64,000 bases of DNA, taken from contig JAVEVD010000001.1 of assembly GCA_034005205.1 (NCBI GenBank), forward strand, positions 33,197-97,196, in the 5' to 3' direction. Below, piece by piece: positions 52,823-61,455 of this stretch (its first letter is position 1; every line of letters begins with the position of its first letter). Source of the DNA: Steroidobacteraceae bacterium (GTDB lineage Bacteria; Pseudomonadota; Gammaproteobacteria; Steroidobacterales; Steroidobacteraceae). A program made the translations under genes and the position numbers. Under the pieces are notes generated by a model that saw only the letters and a program-made list of their open reading frames with translations, had not been told where the DNA came from and did no database searches.

Positions 52823-55230
52823 TGTGCGTAGCGCGCAATGCGAAACCCGACGTCGTCACGCGCGCTGTCGCCGAAATCGCGGGCCGCGAGCCGCAGATCC
52901 GTGACGCTGGAGCTGCGCCAGCTCGAGCCGCGAATCACGTGCTGACGTCCCTCGGCGGGGCCAGTCGGATCCACTGCAACCTCCCGAGCATCCATACTCA
53001 CAGTGTAGAGATCGTGCACCCACTCAGCGACGTTGCCGCCCAGATCGTGCAGTCCGAGCGCGCTGGGCGGAAACTTGGCTACGGGCGCGGCCGCCGCGAA
53101 GCCGTCGTCGTAATCCGGAACGACATTCGTCACGAGCAGTCGTGCGCTCGCATCTGCGTAATTGCCCGAGGCGGCGGCGACCGGCAGCGTATCGCCCCAT
53201 GGATAGCGGCGCAGCGCTCCGGAACGTTCGCGCCGCGCAACCCACTCCCATTCTGCATCGGTCGGCAGACGATAGCCGTTGGTCAGCGGATTCACCGCAA
53301 CCAGCGCATCGCCCTTCTTCTCGTAGGCAGGCTCGAGCCCTTCCTGTTCCGAAAGCCAGTTACAGAACGCGGCGGCGTCCTGCCAGCTCACGCCGACCAC
53401 CGGCTGATTGTCGAGATCGAGCGTGTGCTGTCCTGCAATGCCGGAACGATGTTGCGGACGGAACCGGCGGAACTGGGCGTTGGTCACTTCGGTCACGCCG
53501 ATATAGAACGGCCGCCTCAACTCCACTTCACGCTGCGCTTCATTCGCGCGGCGTCCGGGTTCGCGCCGCGGGCTGCCCATGACGAATCGCCCGAGCGGCA
53601 TCAGGCGCAGCTCTTGATCCGCCTTGGTGCGGATCGTCGCGGGCGTCTGCGCGAGCCTGGCTTGCGCCGGCGTCAGCAGCGTAGCTTCGACCACTTGCGG
53701 CACGCCGGGGCGCGGCGTGACTGTGGCCGTATAGTCGACGTAGCCGGATTTGCGAACGGTGATCTCGTGCGTCGTCGCGACGAGCCGCAGCGTCTGGTTC
53801 GCCGCGCCGCTCGCCTTGCCGTTCACGAACACCTGAGCGTCCGCGGGCTGCGCGCGCACGGTGACCTCCCCGTAGACGCCGGTCAGCGGCACGGACAGTG
53901 AGCGCTGCTCGCCGGGCGCAAGCTTGAGCTCGCGCGTCGCGGCTTCGTACCCGGGCCGTGTGAGCACGACGGCGTGCGTCATATCGGGCTTCAGCTCCAG
54001 CGTTAGCGGGGTGCGTCCGCGATACACGCCCGCCACCGAGACGTTGGCGTCCGCAGGCTCCGAACGCAGCGTGAGCTGCGCGTCCGGCAACCCGAGCTGC
54101 ACCGGTCCGATGGTCTGTGGCTCATTCGCCTTGACCTGGATGTCCGTGCTCCAGGGCTTGAAGCCCTCCAGCCGCAGTTCGATCGGATGATTGCCGGCGA
54201 CGATCTGCGTAGTGAGCGGCGTGACGCCGCGCCGCTCGCCGTTCACGAGCAGCTCGGCGCCCGTGGGCTGCGAGGTGATGCTCACGTCCGCCCAGTTGGG
54301 CGTGAGCTGAGGCGTGAGGGTCTGCACCTTGCCGCCGCCCTCCACTTCCACCTGGGCGCTGAACGGCTGGTAGCGTTGCGCGGCGATCGACACCGTATGA
54401 CGCCCGGCAGGAAGCTCGAACTCGCCCGGCGTCGCGCCGAGCGTCTCTCCGTCGACGCTCACGACCGCGCCCTCGGGCGCATCGATGCGCAGCCGTCCTG
54501 GAAGCTTCGCCAGTTTGAGCTCGAACCGCTGATTGGGCTCCGCCGTGACGCGGGCCTCGAGCTGCGCGGGCTCGTAGCCCGGAAGCTGCGCACGAAAGCG
54601 ATACTCGCCCGGGCGCAACAGCACCCTCTCGCCCAGCCGTACGGAAAACGTCGAACCTTCCACAGTCACCCTCGCCTCGGCCGGTTCGGTGCGCACGCTG
54701 ATCGAGGTCGCCGTGAACACGAACCACAGTACGAAAGCCGCCGCGACCGCCAGTGCGCCCAGCGCCAGCCGCATCGGACTGAGGCTGAACGAGCGTCGGG
54801 CGCGCGTCGGCTGAGTCGGGCGGAACTGCGCCGCATCTATGCGCTCGGCCTCCGCGTCGCCGGCCCCACGCAACCGCGCGCCGGGCTCGATGACGGGCGG
54901 GACAGTGATGTTGTCCGCGGCCCCGTCTTCGACCTCGATCACCGGGCCATCCTCGTTGGCCGTGAGTCGCAGCCGCGCGGCGCCGAAGTTCACTACGTCG
55001 CCGGGACGCAGCCATGTGGAGCGCGTGACTGGCTCGCCGTTGTGCAGCACCTCGGCGCCCTCGGCCGGCTGTACGAAGAGCTGCTCCTCGTGCAGCCCCA
55101 CGTAAGCCTGCGCGCCGGGCGGACGACCCGCCATCACCACGGCGGCGCCTTCGCCGCCGACCGCGATGGGAAAGTCCTCGGCCGTGAAGCGACGTTCGCC
55201 CAGCGCCTCGCGCAACAGCAGCCCGCTCAA
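52819..55230 (-). CDS. FHA-like / TM / PEGA-repeat / FGE-sulfatase (SUMF1-like) domain protein
   Basis: I place the start at the TTG at 55230 (GAGGA 6 nt upstream; overlaps the kinase stop as TTGA). FHA-like FPIAVGGEGAAVV...LHNGEPV...GDVVNFG. TM LALGALAVAAAFVLWFVF. Repeated PEGA-type modules (e.g. DAPEGAVVSVDGETLGATP). C-terminal FGE domain (WQDAAAFCNWLS, GNVAEWVHD, VIRGSSWRS). Confidence 0.8.
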   Translation of the reverse strand: MSGLLLREALGERRFTAEDFPIAVGGEGAAVVMAGRPPGAQAYVGLHEEQLFVQPAEGAEVLHNGEPVTRSTWLRPGDVVNFGAARLRLTANEDGPVIEVEDGAADNITVPPVIEPGARLRGAGDAEAERIDAAQFRPTQPTRARRSFSLSPMRLALGALAVAAAFVLWFVFTATSISVRTEPAEARVTVEGSTFSVRLGERVLLRPGEYRFRAQLPGYEPAQLEARVTAEPNQRFELKLAKLPGRLRIDAPEGAVVSVDGETLGATPGEFELPAGRHTVSIAAQRYQPFSAQVEVEGGGKVQTLTPQLTPNWADVSITSQPTGAELLVNGERRGVTPLTTQIVAGNHPIELRLEGFKPWSTDIQVKANEPQTIGPVQLGLPDAQLTLRSEPADANVSVAGVYRGRTPLTLELKPDMTHAVVLTRPGYEAATRELKLAPGEQRSLSVPLTGVYGEVTVRAQPADAQVFVNGKASGAANQTLRLVATTHEITVRKSGYVDYTATVTPRPGVPQVVEATLLTPAQARLAQTPATIRTKADQELRLMPLGRFVMGSPRREPGRRANEAQREVELRRPFYIGVTEVTNAQFRRFRPQHRSGIAGQHTLDLDNQPVVGVSWQDAAAFCNWLSEQEGLEPAYEKKGDALVAVNPLTNGYRLPTDAEWEWVARRERSGALRRYPWGDTLPVAAASGNYADASARLLVTNVVPDYDDGFAAAAPVAKFPPSALGLHDLGGNVAEWVHDLYTVSMDAREVAVDPTGPAEGRQHVIRGSSWRSSSVTDLRLAARDFGDSARDDVGFRIARYAH

Positions 55231-57629
55231 ATGCGATCCTCGCAACGAATCACCACGGGCTCGAGCGCGGCGCCGGGGGCGACGTCGATCTGCCGCCGCA
55301 CGTCGCGATAACCGGGACGCGTGCCCACGATCGTGTATCTGCCCGGCTCCAGCGTCAGCGAGCGTTCGCCGAACGCGCCCAGCTCGCCGACGCGATAAAC
55401 GGTGACGTGAGTGAGGTTGTCGGACCGTAGCGCCACCTGCACCGGCTGCCCGGCTCGGGCGACCCATTCCTCCAGTTTCGCGATTTGCCGCTGCAGCACC
55501 GGTCCGCGATCGGGAACGCTCCTGGCGCGCTCGATGGTCTCGGCAGCTGCGGCCCGCACCGGTTTGCTGAACAGCCGCTCAGGCTGCGTGAGGTAGAGCT
55601 CGATCTCCTCGTGCAAGGCCGCGCGCGGCGAGGCGCGCTGCACCCCTTGGTTCGCCGCGACGATCGTCGAATCCAGCTCGAGCACCGCGCGGTACTCGCG
55701 CAGCGCTTCGACCCAGCGCTCCCGCCCTTCCAACTCCTGAGCCTCCCGCAGCTTGGCGGCGATCGTTTCGGTGCGCTGCTCCTGCTCGATCTGCGCCAGC
55801 GCCTGCGCGATCTCCGGCGCTTGCGGGCGAAGGCCGCGCGCCGCCTCGAACGCGCTGCGCGCGCTGGCATAATCCGCATTCGCCATCGCCGCGTAGCCGC
55901 GCGCCATGGCGCTCGCGAACGCGTCCGCGGCCTGTTTACCTTCGATACGCGCGACGCCTTCGGCGGCGCGCGACGTTTGTGCGTCTAGCGCGAGCGCCTT
56001 GCGGAAACCCGCGAGCGCCGGCTCCATCTGGCCAGCGTTCTCCAAACGCTCGGCTTCGGCGAGCAGGCGCAGCACTTCGTCGAGCACGCCGGCGCGCTTC
56101 AAACCCTGCTCGGCGTGCGCGTTCTGCGGCTCGATGTTCAGCGCCAGCGCGAAAGCCGCAGCCGCATCCTCGGAACGGCCCTCCTGCAAGGCCGTATCGC
56201 CCGTCGCGAGCTGCTCGCGCAGCACCTCGCCGGCCCGCTTTTCCAGCGCATCCAGCAATGGCGCCATGCGCTCGAAGTGCTGCAAGGATGTTTGATACTC
56301 GCGCTGCTGATAGGCGGCGTCGGCGGCTGCGAGCTGGGCGCTGGCCTGGCGGAAATCGGCGGCGCCCCAACGCTCGGCGGCGCGCTCGACGAGCTGTTGC
56401 AGCCGATTTTCGAGCGGCGCCCGGATTTCGTCGACGCGCTGTTTGGCGCGCGCCAGCGCCGCGAAATCGATCTCCTCGACATTCTTGCGCTCGTTGTCGG
56501 GTTGGGCGGCTGCTGCGACATCCTGTGCGCTCGTCGCCTGGCGGTGGCGCGCACCCGCGTCATCCTGGCCGACCCAGCGCGGCAGCCCGACGAACACGAA
56601 CAACACGCCGGCCAGTCCCACAGCGATCGCCGCAGCGGCCACGCGCCGACGGCGGTCCTGACCGCGACGGATCTCGGCGGCGCTCGCGCCCGCGGCGGAC
56701 GTGCGGCGCCATTCACCCTTCAACGGCTCGCCGTGGCCCGGCGGCGGCCGCAGGGCGGGGGGTTCGATGCGCACGGCTTGGTGAGTCTGTTCGCTGCTCA
56801 TGATCGATGACGTCAGGGACGACGACATGCCCGTACCAAGCGACGCGCCGAGCGCCGCTTCGAGTTCCCGTTCGACAGTCTGGATATCCGGCCGTTCAGT
56901 CGCACGCTTCGCCAGCATCCTGCAGACCAGCGCGGCGAGCGCCGGCGGAGCCGAGGCGGGCGGCGCAGGCGGTTCGCGGCGGATGCGGTCAGGCGTTGCA
57001 TGCGGATAAAACGGCGGATACCCGGTCAACAGTTCATACAACATCGCCCCGAGGCCGTACACATCGTCCGCGGGACTCGCGGGCCGCCCGTCGAGTTGCT
57101 GCGGACTCATGCTGTACGGCGAGCCGCCGCCCACGGCGGCCGGGCCGTCGCCGATCGTGAGCGCCGTCGCCGTACCGAAGTCCGCGAGCAACGCGGCGCC
57201 TTCGTGCGACAGCAATACGTTCGACGACTTGACGTCACGATGCACCAGCCCGGCGCGGTGCGCATACGCAAGCGCCGCAGCAACCTGACGAGCTGCGCGT
57301 ATGATCGCCTCGACTTCGCCCCCGCGCAGGCGGGTCAGGTCGCCTCCTGGGGCGTAGTCCATGACGAGCCAGGCGCGCTCGCCCGAGCGGTAGAGACCGT
57401 GCACGCGCAGGATGTTGGGATGATGAAGCCTGCGGACCAGGGCGTACTCACGCTCGAGCATCCGCAGCGCGTCCGGATTCCGCGCCAACTCGGGCGCGAA
57501 CAGCTTCACCGCAGCGGGACGGCCGCGCAGTCGATCCTGCACCAGCCATACCTCCGCCCCGCCGCCCGCCCCGAGGCGGCGCAGCAACGTGAATCCGGCA
57601 GACAGCGCCTGCCCGCTTTCGAAGTTCAT
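55227..57629 (-). CDS. Hanks-type Ser/Thr protein kinase with TM, periplasmic TPR repeats and PEGA-like C-terminus
   Basis: 800 aa. G-loop LGAGGGAEVW, AAVKL, HRDVKSSNVLL, DFGTA. TM VAAAAIAVGLAGVLFVFVGL. TPR-like repeats. C-terminal LEPGRYTIVGTRPGYRDV. Confidence 0.9.
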   Translation of the reverse strand: MNFESGQALSAGFTLLRRLGAGGGAEVWLVQDRLRGRPAAVKLFAPELARNPDALRMLEREYALVRRLHHPNILRVHGLYRSGERAWLVMDYAPGGDLTRLRGGEVEAIIRAARQVAAALAYAHRAGLVHRDVKSSNVLLSHEGAALLADFGTATALTIGDGPAAVGGGSPYSMSPQQLDGRPASPADDVYGLGAMLYELLTGYPPFYPHATPDRIRREPPAPPASAPPALAALVCRMLAKRATERPDIQTVERELEAALGASLGTGMSSSLTSSIMSSEQTHQAVRIEPPALRPPPGHGEPLKGEWRRTSAAGASAAEIRRGQDRRRRVAAAAIAVGLAGVLFVFVGLPRWVGQDDAGARHRQATSAQDVAAAAQPDNERKNVEEIDFAALARAKQRVDEIRAPLENRLQQLVERAAERWGAADFRQASAQLAAADAAYQQREYQTSLQHFERMAPLLDALEKRAGEVLREQLATGDTALQEGRSEDAAAAFALALNIEPQNAHAEQGLKRAGVLDEVLRLLAEAERLENAGQMEPALAGFRKALALDAQTSRAAEGVARIEGKQAADAFASAMARGYAAMANADYASARSAFEAARGLRPQAPEIAQALAQIEQEQRTETIAAKLREAQELEGRERWVEALREYRAVLELDSTIVAANQGVQRASPRAALHEEIELYLTQPERLFSKPVRAAAAETIERARSVPDRGPVLQRQIAKLEEWVARAGQPVQVALRSDNLTHVTVYRVGELGAFGERSLTLEPGRYTIVGTRPGYRDVRRQIDVAPGAALEPVVIRCEDRI

Positions 57630-57690
57630 TCGTTTTCGTCAGCGCACCGCCCCGCCGCCGCGGCGGGCGGTCAGCGCGCATCGTGCGACG

Positions 57691-58944
57691 TTATTCGCCG
57701 CCGCTCGACGACGCTGCCGCGTCGGCGGACGCCGCCGGCGCCTGCGCAGGCAAACCAGTCTCGTTCTCGTACAGCTCCTTCAGCAGTCGGCGCCATTCCT
57801 GGAACTGCTCTTCCGCCGTGCCTTTGAGCTGCAGAGTGCGCCCCTCCACCTCGACCACCATCGGTTGTACTTCCGCCTGGAACGACTCGCCCAACTGCTG
57901 CAGGGAGTCGGAATGCATCTTCACCTCGGCGCCCTTGTCGAAGCCGCTTTTCACCGCGTAAGCGCCGCCGAAGACGGCGCCGGTGGCGGCCGCCTGCCCG
58001 GCGTACGTGTTCGCTTCGCTGCCGACCACCAAGCCGCCGACGATGGCGGCCGCGCCGAGCAGCTTTCTGGTAAGCGCCGAACGACGCGCTTCGTCCTCGG
58101 CTTCATGCTCCGCATAGCTGTAGCGGCGCCAGTTCGTGTAGGGCTCAGACATGTTGTCGGCGAACAGCGCGTAATGCTCATTTATGGTGTCGAGCAGCGC
58201 ATAGTCGCGCTCGCGGATGCGATCCATGCGCACCATCAGCGGATCACTCTCGGCGGGCAGGCGCACGATCTGACGCTGACCGCTCTTGCGATCGACTTGC
58301 ACATACGACTCGAAAGCGTAAGGCGCGAGCTCCGCCGCAAATCGCAGCTCCGATACGCGGCGCACGTTCTCCAGGTCCTGCGGCGTGAGCTGCTGACGGT
58401 AGGCCAGCATGTCGTTCGCCAGGTTGCTGTACAGGTTCTGAAATGGATCGCGCGGCCGACCGCTCGAGTCCTTGTAGGAGCGAGTATCGGCGATCTGCTG
58501 GTATTCCTTGCTGAACCACTGTCGACCGGTCGCGTCCTCCACCGTGACGTGCAGCCTGAGCTCCTGACCATTCGACTCGAGGATCTTGCCCGAAACGTAT
58601 ACATCGAGCGCCTCGGCGTCGGCCGGTATCACGCGCACTTGGCCCCAGTGGCCGGCGCCCTCGAGCGTATTGCGGATCTGCATCGGCAGGTAGCGCGCTT
58701 CGGCCCGCCGCACCTCCGGGAAGATGTGCTCGCGCGCTAGCTTCTCTTCATCCTCGGGCACGTTCTCATCGAACAGCCGCACGCTCACGTCGAGCAGTTG
58801 CTCGGCCGGGATCTCGTGAGTGGCCTGGATTGCTTTGACGTATGGCAGCGGGCGGATCTCGTGAGTGACGCAGCCCGCGGCTGCGAGCGCGGCCAGCGCG
58901 GCCAGCGCCGCGCCAATCGGGCGATTCGAGCGGTTCATAAGCAT
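57691..58944 (-). CDS. Lipoprotein, function unknown, with Gly-zipper-like segment
   Basis: 417 aa. AALAALAALAAAGC lipobox. LLGAAAIVGGLVVGSEANTYAGQAAATGAVFGGAYAV glycine-zipper-like stretch. Confidence 0.65.
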   Translation of the reverse strand: MLMNRSNRPIGAALAALAALAAAGCVTHEIRPLPYVKAIQATHEIPAEQLLDVSVRLFDENVPEDEEKLAREHIFPEVRRAEARYLPMQIRNTLEGAGHWGQVRVIPADAEALDVYVSGKILESNGQELRLHVTVEDATGRQWFSKEYQQIADTRSYKDSSGRPRDPFQNLYSNLANDMLAYRQQLTPQDLENVRRVSELRFAAELAPYAFESYVQVDRKSGQRQIVRLPAESDPLMVRMDRIRERDYALLDTINEHYALFADNMSEPYTNWRRYSYAEHEAEDEARRSALTRKLLGAAAIVGGLVVGSEANTYAGQAAATGAVFGGAYAVKSGFDKGAEVKMHSDSLQQLGESFQAEVQPMVVEVEGRTLQLKGTAEEQFQEWRRLLKELYENETGLPAQAPAASADAAASSSGGE

Positions 58945-58984
58945 GTGTCCGGCAACCGTTGATCTGTCCTCACGAAACGTCCCG

Positions 58985-60433
58985 TCAACTCGTCGCCTTC
59001 TTGTAGTTGCGATACTCCTGCCAGAGCTTCTCGCGCAGCTCCGGATCCGTCTCGTTCATCGCGGCCTCGCGAAGCTGGCGCGCTACGATGTCATCGTCGC
59101 TGCCATCGGGGATATCCGCCGGGACAGTGCTCGGACCGCTGCCGCCGCCGGCCCCGCCGCCGACGCCGCCTCCTCCGCCGCTGCGCTGGCCGCCCTGACC
59201 CTGACCCTGACCCTGGCCCTCATCTCCGCCTTCGCCCTGACCGCTCGCGCCGCCCTGGCCAGCCTGATCGCCCGCGCCGCCCTGACCGCCCGCTCCCTGA
59301 CCGTCGCCGCCGGCGCCTTGCGCGTCCGAACCTCCGCCGACGCCTTCCTCATCCATCGTGGATCCGGCGCCTGCGCCGCTCCAACCTGAGCCGCGGCCGC
59401 CGCGCTGGCCGGCGATCACCGCCTGCTCCTGGCGAATCCGCCCATCGAAGACGCCGAACGAAGCGTCCAACTCACGATCGATCTGGGCCACCCGCTCGCC
59501 GCTCGTCATCGGGCCGCCGCCAGGTCCGCCGCCAGATTCGCCATGGGCCCCAGATGCGCCGCCTGAACCGGCCGCGCCGTGGCCTGCGCCATACGCGCCG
59601 CCCTGACCGCCCTCGCCGCCCTGGCCGCCAGCCGAACCCGCGACTGCGCCCGAGCCCGCAGCTCCACCCGGACCGCCCTGCGCACCGCCGCCCATGCCCG
59701 GCGAGCCGCCCTCTGCAGCGCCGCCGCCGGACCCCCCGGAAGCGCCGGAAGATCCGCCGCCGCTAGAACCTCTGAAAATGCTCTCATTCGCGGCGCCGCC
59801 GCCCATTGCGCCGCCCGCCTCGGGCGCGGCGCCGCCGGCTGATGATCCCGCGCCGCCTGCGGCGCCGCCGTTCGGAGAAGGAACGCCCACAGCCGGCGAA
59901 CCGCCGACGCTTGGAAGTCCCACGCTCCCGGCGCCGCCGGAACCCGAACCGCCGCCGGTTTGACCAGTCGCACCGCCGCCCGGCGCGCCCGCCTGGCCGC
60001 CCTGGCCCTGAGCGCCTCCGCCCTGGGAAGTTCCGCCGCCCTGCGCGCCGCCGCTCTGGCCGCCCTGCACGCCTCCGGAACTAGCGCCGGATCGCCCGCC
60101 GCTTTGCGAACCACCCGATTGACCCTGGCTGCCGCCCGAGCTCGACGGCATTCCCGAGGGAAGCGACGCACCCGAGCCGGACTGCCCGCCGGGCGAGGGC
60201 ATGCTCGACGAAGATCCGCCGCCGCTCGGCGAGCTGGAGCCGCCGGTGGAGCCGGGCGAGCCGCCGCTTGGCGAAGGCGGCGTGGAAGACGGCGTCGAGG
60301 TGGAGGACTGGCTCGCGCAACCGCCCATGAGCAGCGCCGATACGGCGCTCACTGCCGTGACGTGCGCTGCAATCACGCACACCCTCCGCAACCGCGAGGG
60401 GCGTGTGCGTTGCGACCTGTGCTGAGCGTTCAT
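58985..60433 (-). CDS. Gly/Ser/Ala/Gln-rich low-complexity lipoprotein
   Basis: Start at the Met at 60433 (MNAQHRSQRTRPSRLRRVCVIAAHVTAVSAVSALLMGGC). About 400 aa are almost only G/S/A/Q/P. Ordered C-terminus DDDIVARQLREAAMNETDPELREKLWQEYRNYKKATS. Confidence 0.6.
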   Translation of the reverse strand: MNAQHRSQRTRPSRLRRVCVIAAHVTAVSAVSALLMGGCASQSSTSTPSSTPPSPSGGSPGSTGGSSSPSGGGSSSSMPSPGGQSGSGASLPSGMPSSSGGSQGQSGGSQSGGRSGASSGGVQGGQSGGAQGGGTSQGGGAQGQGGQAGAPGGGATGQTGGGSGSGGAGSVGLPSVGGSPAVGVPSPNGGAAGGAGSSAGGAAPEAGGAMGGGAANESIFRGSSGGGSSGASGGSGGGAAEGGSPGMGGGAQGGPGGAAGSGAVAGSAGGQGGEGGQGGAYGAGHGAAGSGGASGAHGESGGGPGGGPMTSGERVAQIDRELDASFGVFDGRIRQEQAVIAGQRGGRGSGWSGAGAGSTMDEEGVGGGSDAQGAGGDGQGAGGQGGAGDQAGQGGASGQGEGGDEGQGQGQGQGGQRSGGGGGVGGGAGGGSGPSTVPADIPDGSDDDIVARQLREAAMNETDPELREKLWQEYRNYKKATS

Positions 60434-60585
60434 CGTGTCTCCTGCGATCGTCTGGTCGCGATCGGATGCTTGCGCGGCTGCCGCCGCGAAAACTGTGCGA
60501 TCCACCACCTGAACGACGGCTGAGCGTCATTCGATCCGCGCACGCGCGTTCTGTCCGCGCAGACGCTGTGCCCCGCGCGGGCGGC

Positions 60586-61389
60586 TCAGTCGACCCGCGC
60601 CGCCGCGTCCTCCTGACCCGAGCCGAGCAGAAACGACTTGAGTTGCCCGGCCAGACGATCGCAGGCCGTGCTCTGCACCGGCGCGATCAACGGAATTGGC
60701 GCAATCGCGCCGATCATCACCGACGTGCCCTTCACGCCTGTAGTCAGACTGCCGGCGCTCAATCCGGTGCGCAGGTCCCAGATCGTCGCTTCGTAGTCGG
60801 AGGTCTTCTCCCACCAGCCGAGCCCCAGGCATCCCGCCCCGCCCGGCCCGGCGGCGCAGGCGATGCTGCCGCCGCCGTCGGTCTTCTCCGTGACGCCGTC
60901 CACCCAGACGATGTAGCGCACGCCCATCTCGGTCACCCGCTCGCTCACGCCGGGTCGGGCGAGAAACGCGCTAAACCCTTGCGCGTTGGCCGGAGCGGTG
61001 CTCGGCTCGAGCCACGGGTACAGCGCGTCGATGAAATGGTGATCAGCGTAGATCTGGAACGGACGATTGCGCAGGCTGCTGCGCGGGGCGACGTCCTTGC
61101 CCGTGCGTTGCCTGTCGGCAACGGTTGCGGAGACTGCTTCACCGACCAGTTCGCGCTCCAGGCAATCGAGGAATTTGTCTTCTGTGCCCGTGCCTTCCAG
61201 ATGCGGCTTGGCGAGCAGCACGATCGCCTCGTCTGATCGGATTTGCGTCGGCGCCTCACGCACCTCTTCTATCTTGGCGGTCATACAGCCGCTAACGCCG
61301 AGCGCCAGCGAGCCGAGCGCCGCAACGCGCAGCGACCTGGCGACGGTCCGCTGCAATGAATGTGCAATAGAGGTTTGTTTCGCCGACAT
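60586..61389 (-). CDS. Lipoprotein, function unknown (first gene of cluster)
   Basis: Start at the Met at 61389 (MSAKQTSIAHSLQRTVARSLRVAALGSLALGVSGC). Several Cys residues. No family recognised. Confidence 0.6.
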   Translation of the reverse strand: MSAKQTSIAHSLQRTVARSLRVAALGSLALGVSGCMTAKIEEVREAPTQIRSDEAIVLLAKPHLEGTGTEDKFLDCLERELVGEAVSATVADRQRTGKDVAPRSSLRNRPFQIYADHHFIDALYPWLEPSTAPANAQGFSAFLARPGVSERVTEMGVRYIVWVDGVTEKTDGGGSIACAAGPGGAGCLGLGWWEKTSDYEATIWDLRTGLSAGSLTTGVKGTSVMIGAIAPIPLIAPVQSTACDRLAGQLKSFLLGSGQEDAAARVD

Positions 61390-61439
61390 CGCGCCGCAGC
61401 CTGCCGCCTGATGCATGAGCGTCTCCCGGAATGCGCCGC

Positions 61440-61455
61440 CGGGATCGCGATCCCG
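61440..61455. promoter_or_regulatory. Perfect 16-bp palindrome CGGGATCGCGATCCCG about 50 nt upstream of the first cluster gene
   Basis: Read directly and cross-checked against the frame of ORF 61415..62764. Confidence 0.35.

Noticed and set aside
53924-57827. Numerous 80-380-aa ORFs on both strands inside the kinase and FGE genes, and Pro/Arg-rich plus-strand ORFs across 59358-60523
   Set aside because: They overlap better-supported genes. The ones across the Gly-rich lipoprotein are simply the complement of GGN-rich codons.
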